Positions 59,601 to 64,000 of a stretch of DNA of 64,000 nt are shown here, in pieces. The stretch spans positions 89,387 to 153,386 of the forward strand of contig JAVKIP010000007.1 of assembly GCA_031459385.1 (NCBI GenBank), in the 5' to 3' direction. Positions within the stretch are counted from its first letter, which is position 1; the number at the start of each line of letters is the position of its first letter. The notes under the pieces were generated by a model that was not told the origin of the DNA, did not search any database, and saw only the letters and a list, made by a program, of their open reading frames with translations. A program made the position numbers and the translations under genes. This DNA comes from Candidatus Fervidifonticultor secundus. GTDB taxonomy: Bacteria; Sysuimicrobiota; Sysuimicrobiia; Sysuimicrobiales; Humicultoraceae.

Positions 59601-59705
59601 GACGGGTCCCTGACCCGACGATGCGGGAGGGGGCCGTCCGCGGTGCACACCACGCCCGGGCCAGGATCGGCGCGGTGTGCCTGCGGACGGCCCCTTCCAT
59701 TTTTT
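59601..59705 (+). terminator. Leader terminator with an overlapping alternative (antiterminator) hairpin upstream of wza
   Basis: 18-bp stem 59626-59643/59681-59698 followed by A-T6; alternative hairpin 59601-59638 uses the same 5' arm. Confidence 0.75.
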
Positions 59706-59766
59706 CCGCGCCGCGTGCAGCCGCCAGCGTGCGGCGGCGTGGCGGCGCGTCGAGGAGGTCACCGGC

Positions 59767-61002
59767 ATGACGCGGCATGCGCTGGTTGCTTTGCTGGCCG
59801 TCACTTTGGCGGGCGCAGCGCCCCTGGGCGCGCAGCCCGTGCCGCCGTCACCTGCGGCGCCCGGCACACCGGCGGCGCCGCCCGGCGGGGCGGCCTACGT
59901 GCTTGGCCCCGAGGACGTGCTGGAGATCTCGGTCTGGGGCTACCCCGACCTTACGCGCGTGGTGGCCGTGCTGCCCGACGGGCGCATCAGCGTGCCGCTG
60001 GTGGGCGCGGTGATAGCCGCCGGCCTCACCGTCGAGCAGCTGACCCGCGCGCTGGTGCGCGGCTTTGCCCGCTACATCCGCGACCCGCAGGTCACCGTGA
60101 TCGTCAAGGAGTTCCGCCGCGTACGCGCCGCGGTGCTGGGCCAGGTGCTCAAGCCCGGCACCTACGCGCTGCCACCTGGCGCGCGCCTGCTCGACCTGCT
60201 GTCGGCGGCCGGCGGCGTGACCGAGCTGGCCTCGCTGAGCGATGCCCAGCTGCTGCTGGGGCCAGGCCGGCCGGCCGCGGTCGTAGACCTCGAGCGCGTC
60301 CTGGCCGGCGACCCGGAGGCCAACGTGGCACTGACCGGCGGCGAGACGCTGGTGGTGCGTGAGGACCTGATCAACGTCGTCAACGTTGCAGGCGAGGTGG
60401 CCAGGCCTGGCCGTTACCGGCTCAAGGGCGAGATGCGCGTGCTCGACGTGCTGCTGCTGGCCGGAGGGCTCACCGAGAAGGCGTCGGTCACCGAGGCGCG
60501 CCTGGTGCGCGGCGGCCAGGCGCTGCCGCTGGGGCTCGACGCGCTGCTTCTGCGCCAGGAGATGAGCCGCAACATCCGCCTGGCGCCCGGTGACGCGCTG
60601 ATGGTGCCCGAAGAGACCAACAACAAGATCTACGTCGTCGGCGACGTGAACCACCCCGGCGTCTTCCCCCTCAAGGGCGACGTCACGCTCCTGCAGGCAG
60701 TGGCCCTGGCCGGCGGGCCGGTGCAGCGCGGGCCGGCCACGGCCAGGACGGTCCACATCGTGCGCCGCGGCGGCGTCGAACGCGCGGTCGTGGCCGGCGC
60801 GGGGCGCGAGGTGAAGGTGGAGGCGCTGCCCGGCGGCCGCGCGCTCATCAGCGCCGACCTGCAGGCTCTGCTGCGTCACAGCGCCACCCGCGACATCGCC
60901 GTGCAGCCCGGCGACGTGATCGTGGTGCCCCAGTCAGGCCTGACAGGCCTGCAGGTCGCCCTGAACATCCTGGCCGGGCTGGTGTGGCCGTTCCGGTGGT
61001 AG
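59767..61002 (+). CDS. wza: Polysaccharide export protein (Poly_export + SLBB domains)
   Basis: Signal peptide, YVLGPEDVLEISVWG, PDGRISVPLVG, three SLBB repeats (V.GEV..PG.Y); SD GAGGAGG. Confidence 0.9.
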   Translation: MTRHALVALLAVTLAGAAPLGAQPVPPSPAAPGTPAAPPGGAAYVLGPEDVLEISVWGYPDLTRVVAVLPDGRISVPLVGAVIAAGLTVEQLTRALVRGFARYIRDPQVTVIVKEFRRVRAAVLGQVLKPGTYALPPGARLLDLLSAAGGVTELASLSDAQLLLGPGRPAAVVDLERVLAGDPEANVALTGGETLVVREDLINVVNVAGEVARPGRYRLKGEMRVLDVLLLAGGLTEKASVTEARLVRGGQALPLGLDALLLRQEMSRNIRLAPGDALMVPEETNNKIYVVGDVNHPGVFPLKGDVTLLQAVALAGGPVQRGPATARTVHIVRRGGVERAVVAGAGREVKVEALPGGRALISADLQALLRHSATRDIAVQPGDVIVVPQSGLTGLQVALNILAGLVWPFRW

Positions 61003-61113
61003 GATCAGTGGGGTGGCGCACCGTCTGGCCGTCTGGTGGTAGCATGGCGAACGCGGGCCCGGGGAGTGGCGGCGTCGGTCCGGTGCGCCGACGGCGCGGC
61101 CCGCGGTGAGCCC

Positions 61114-61488
61114 ATGCCGATCTACGAGTACCGCTGCGCCGACTGCCGGGCGCGCTACACCGTGTTCTTCCTGCCGCCCGAGCAGCCTGAGCCGCGCTGC
61201 CGCCGCTGCGGCAGCACCAACGCCGTGCGCCTGATGTCGCGCTTTGCCACCGTGCGGTCCGACGAGGCCCGCCTCGACGCCCTGGCCGATGACCCCGACC
61301 TCACCCGCTTCGACGAGTCCGACCCGCGCAGCGTGGCGCGGTGGATGAAGCGCCTGGGCCGCGAGATGGGCGACGACCTGGGCCCCGAGTTCGACGAGGC
61401 GGTCGAGAAACTGGAAGCTGGCGGTGGCCTCGACGACGCCACCGGGGGAACGACAGGCGACGACCTGTCGCCTCCCACCGACCTGTAA
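61114..61488 (+). CDS. FmdB-like zinc-ribbon protein with acidic C-terminal domain
   Basis: MPIYEYRCADC...CRRCGS..RLMSRF, DPRSVARWMKRLGREMGDDLGPEF. Confidence 0.85.
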   Translation: MPIYEYRCADCRARYTVFFLPPEQPEPRCRRCGSTNAVRLMSRFATVRSDEARLDALADDPDLTRFDESDPRSVARWMKRLGREMGDDLGPEFDEAVEKLEAGGGLDDATGGTTGDDLSPPTDL

Positions 61489-61562
61489 CCGGTAGCGACC
61501 GAACACACGCGCTGCGGCGGCAACAGCCGCGTGGGCATGCCAGTCACGCCCCTACGCCCGCA

Positions 61563-63038
61563 GTGACTTCGAGCGCGTCACCATCCAGAGCGCTGTCCTC
61601 CAGAGCGCTGCTCTCCTGGGCGCTTGCCGCCTGCTGCGCCGGACTGGTGGCCGGCGCGCTGGCCGCTGTCTGCGCGCAGGGTGCCGCGGCGGCCCCCGGT
61701 CCCAACGCCGTCGTGCCCGCCGACCACTGGGCCTACGGCGCGCTCTACCGCCTGGCCGCCTTCGGGGTGGCGCCGCTGTGGGCGGCCTCGGCGCGGCCGC
61801 TGCCGCGGCTCGAGGTGGCACGCATGGTCGCCGAGGCGCTAGAGCGCGTCGGCGCAACCGACGGGGTGTCGCGCGCCGGCGCTTTGGCCGCCGCATCTGA
61901 CGCCGTGCGCACCGACCTCGACGCCCTGCGCGCCGAGTTCGCCGCCGAGCTGCGCCTGCTGGCCGCCGGGCGCGACGCCCGACCGGATCCGATGGCCGTC
62001 GGGGCCGCCGCCACCGCCCGCGTCGTCAGCGGCGCGCCCCCGCGCTTCCTCCGCCATGACGGCGGCGGAGTCGAGCTCAGCCGCCTCTACCTGGCCGGGC
62101 GCGTGGGCGATGTGGCCGTCCAGGCCGGCCGCGACGCCCTCTGGTGGGGCCCGGGCTCGCGCGGCGCGTTCCTGCTCTCCGACAACGCCGGTCCCCTGGA
62201 CGCGCTCACGCTGACGCTGACCTCGGGCCGCTTCCGTGCGGTGAAGATGGTAGCGCCTCTGGCAGACGGCGCACGCTACCTCTACGGCCTGCGGGTCGAC
62301 TGGCAGGCCCGCGACGACCTGCGCGTGGGCTTCGGCGAGGTCATGGTGGGCACAGGCGGGCTCGAGCCGCTCTACGCGCTGAACGTCGTGCCGGGGGTGG
62401 CCTACGCGATCGCCACCCGCGTGCGCGCACCGGTCCGCAACGACAACTACAACTTCACCGTCGACCTCGACTGGCGGCCGCGGCCGGGCGTGGTGGCTTA
62501 CGGCGAGCTCTACGTCGACGACCTGGTACTCACGGCAGACAACCCCTTCCCGCACCGCCTGGGCGGCACGGTCGGCCTCTACCTGGCCGACCCCTTCGGC
62601 GATGGCCGCACCGGCGTGCGCGTCGAGCACAGCCGCGCCACCAACTGGATCTACGCCACGCCCGACGCGGCCGCTGCCTACATCCGCGCCGGCAGGGCGC
62701 TGGGCCACTGGTGCGCCCCCGACTGCGAACTGTGGTCGGTGACCGTCACCCGCACCTTCTCGCCCGCCGCCGCGGTCCTGGTAGGCTATGACCTCATCCG
62801 CAAGGGGGAAGGCGTGCTGGGCCAGACGTGGACCGACCCCGACGACGCGCGCCGGCGCTACTACCTGTCGGGCGTCATCGAGACCTCTCACGCCCTGCGC
62901 GCGGGGATCACGCGCGCGTGGGGCGAGGCCCGCGCCGCCGCTACGGTGGTGTGGACCGCGTCGACCAACGCCGGGCACGTGGCCGGGGCCACCCGGCAGG
63001 GATGGTTCGTCCTGGTGGAGGCGTCCTATGGATTCTGA
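61563..63038 (+). CDS. wzi: Capsule assembly Wzi-family outer-membrane protein (start uncertain)
   Basis: GRDALWWGPGSRGAFLLSDNA, YGELYVDD, LGHW; SLH-like DHWAYGAL; C-terminal YGF. Confidence 0.75.
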   Translation: MTSSASPSRALSSRALLSWALAACCAGLVAGALAAVCAQGAAAAPGPNAVVPADHWAYGALYRLAAFGVAPLWAASARPLPRLEVARMVAEALERVGATDGVSRAGALAAASDAVRTDLDALRAEFAAELRLLAAGRDARPDPMAVGAAATARVVSGAPPRFLRHDGGGVELSRLYLAGRVGDVAVQAGRDALWWGPGSRGAFLLSDNAGPLDALTLTLTSGRFRAVKMVAPLADGARYLYGLRVDWQARDDLRVGFGEVMVGTGGLEPLYALNVVPGVAYAIATRVRAPVRNDNYNFTVDLDWRPRPGVVAYGELYVDDLVLTADNPFPHRLGGTVGLYLADPFGDGRTGVRVEHSRATNWIYATPDAAAAYIRAGRALGHWCAPDCELWSVTVTRTFSPAAAVLVGYDLIRKGEGVLGQTWTDPDDARRRYYLSGVIETSHALRAGITRAWGEARAAATVVWTASTNAGHVAGATRQGWFVLVEASYGF

Positions 63039-64000
63039 ACCGCGCACTCCCGCAGAGGAGCCCCGCGCGCCGGATCGGACATGGGCCGGCTCGACCGCGC
63101 CGCCGTCCGGGCGCGAGTCCGACGAGCCCGGGCTGCGCGACTACCTGGCAGTGCTGCGCCGCCGCTGGTACCTGCCGGCGGTCACCACGGTCATCGCCCT
63201 GGCCGTGGCCCTGGGGTTCAGCCTAGGCGCCGCGCCAGTCTACCGCGGCCAGGCCACCGTGGTGGTCGACCGCAGCGGGGCGTCGTTCGCCATGACCGCC
63301 GACCTCACCGGTATCAGCCAGCAGGCCTTCGTCGACACGCTGGCCGAACTGGTGAAGAGTCGCGCCGTGGCCGCGCAGGCCCTCGAGCGCCTGGGCACCC
63401 CTGAGGACGAGCGGCCCGCCCTGCTGGCAGCCCTCCAGCGCGGCCTGAAGGTGCGCCGCGTGCGCAACGCCGACCTGATCGTCATCGAGGCCGAAGGACC
63501 CACGCCGGCCGCCGCCGCCTACTACACCAACGCCGTGGCCGAGGCGCTGCTGGCCTGGCACGTCGACTCGCGCCGCCAGCAGGCCTCCGCCGGCCGCCGC
63601 TTCATCGAAGAGCAGGTGACGGCCGTGGGCAACGAGCTGCGCGCCGCCGAAGACGCCCTGGCCCGCTACAAGGTCGAAGGCGGGCAGGTCTCGCTCTCAG
63701 AGCAGAGCACCCTGGCCGTGACCAAGCTGGCCGAGTTCGAGGCGCAGCGCCGCGCCGCCGCCGCTGAGCGCCGGGGGGTCGAGGCCAGCCTGCGCGAGGC
63801 CCGCGCCGCCCTGGCCCGCCAGGCACCCACGGTGCCCGCATCGTTCATCGAGGGCGAAGACCCTGTCGTGGCCCAGATCCGCACCGACCTGGCCAAACTG
63901 GAACTGGAGCTGGTCGGCCTGCAGCGCCAGTTCACCGACCGTCATCCCCAGGTGCTGGCCACGAAGGCCCGCATCGAGGAAGCCAAGGCGCGCCTGCGCC
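63028..64000 (+). CDS. wzc: Polysaccharide co-polymerase Wzc/GumC, 5' part (runs off window)
   Basis: LRDYLAVLRRRW, PVYRGQATV, FIEEQV, FTDRHPQV. Confidence 0.88.
   Translation, partial: MDSEPRTPAEEPRAPDRTWAGSTAPPSGRESDEPGLRDYLAVLRRRWYLPAVTTVIALAVALGFSLGAAPVYRGQATVVVDRSGASFAMTADLTGISQQAFVDTLAELVKSRAVAAQALERLGTPEDERPALLAALQRGLKVRRVRNADLIVIEAEGPTPAAAAYYTNAVAEALLAWHVDSRRQQASAGRRFIEEQVTAVGNELRAAEDALARYKVEGGQVSLSEQSTLAVTKLAEFEAQRRAAAAERRGVEASLREARAALARQAPTVPASFIEGEDPVVAQIRTDLAKLELELVGLQRQFTDRHPQVLATKARIEEAKARLR

Overview
High-GC bacterial chromosome segment. The gene order is Firmicute-like (T-box, pheST-cvpA-polX-mutS2) but the cell is diderm (MlaEFD, Wza/Wzi), which suggests a Terrabacteria lineage such as Armatimonadota/CSP1-3 (inference). 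About 1-55 kb is mostly core genome: hemCD behind an HTH regulator; comM-dprA-topA-xerC; rpsB-tsf-pyrH-frr-uppS-cdsA-dxr-rseP-ispG; an archaeal-type SAM synthetase; a MoxR/DUF58/VWA cluster; cobB-mtnP-ltaE; mlaEFD; infC-rpmI-rplT; ktrBA; a Phe T-box with pheST; cvpA-polX-mpg-mutS2; tyrS. After a stand-alone tRNA-Ile an accessory exopolysaccharide locus begins: an rmlA/rmlD deletion chimera, a wHTH-TPR regulator, a NusG/RfaH paralogue, a small DUF2292-like protein, then wza, wzi and wzc. The most notable unexplained signals are three. (1) A NusG paralogue, a small protein and a mutually exclusive antiterminator/terminator RNA switch sit in front of the EPS operon. (2) A self-standing transcription unit encodes a 14-aa Lys-rich micropeptide. 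(3) Four AGGA/GGGA-N17-GAAT (sigma-H-like) promoters link heme genes, the micropeptide and the EPS locus. All family assignments come from reading the sequence, not from database searches.
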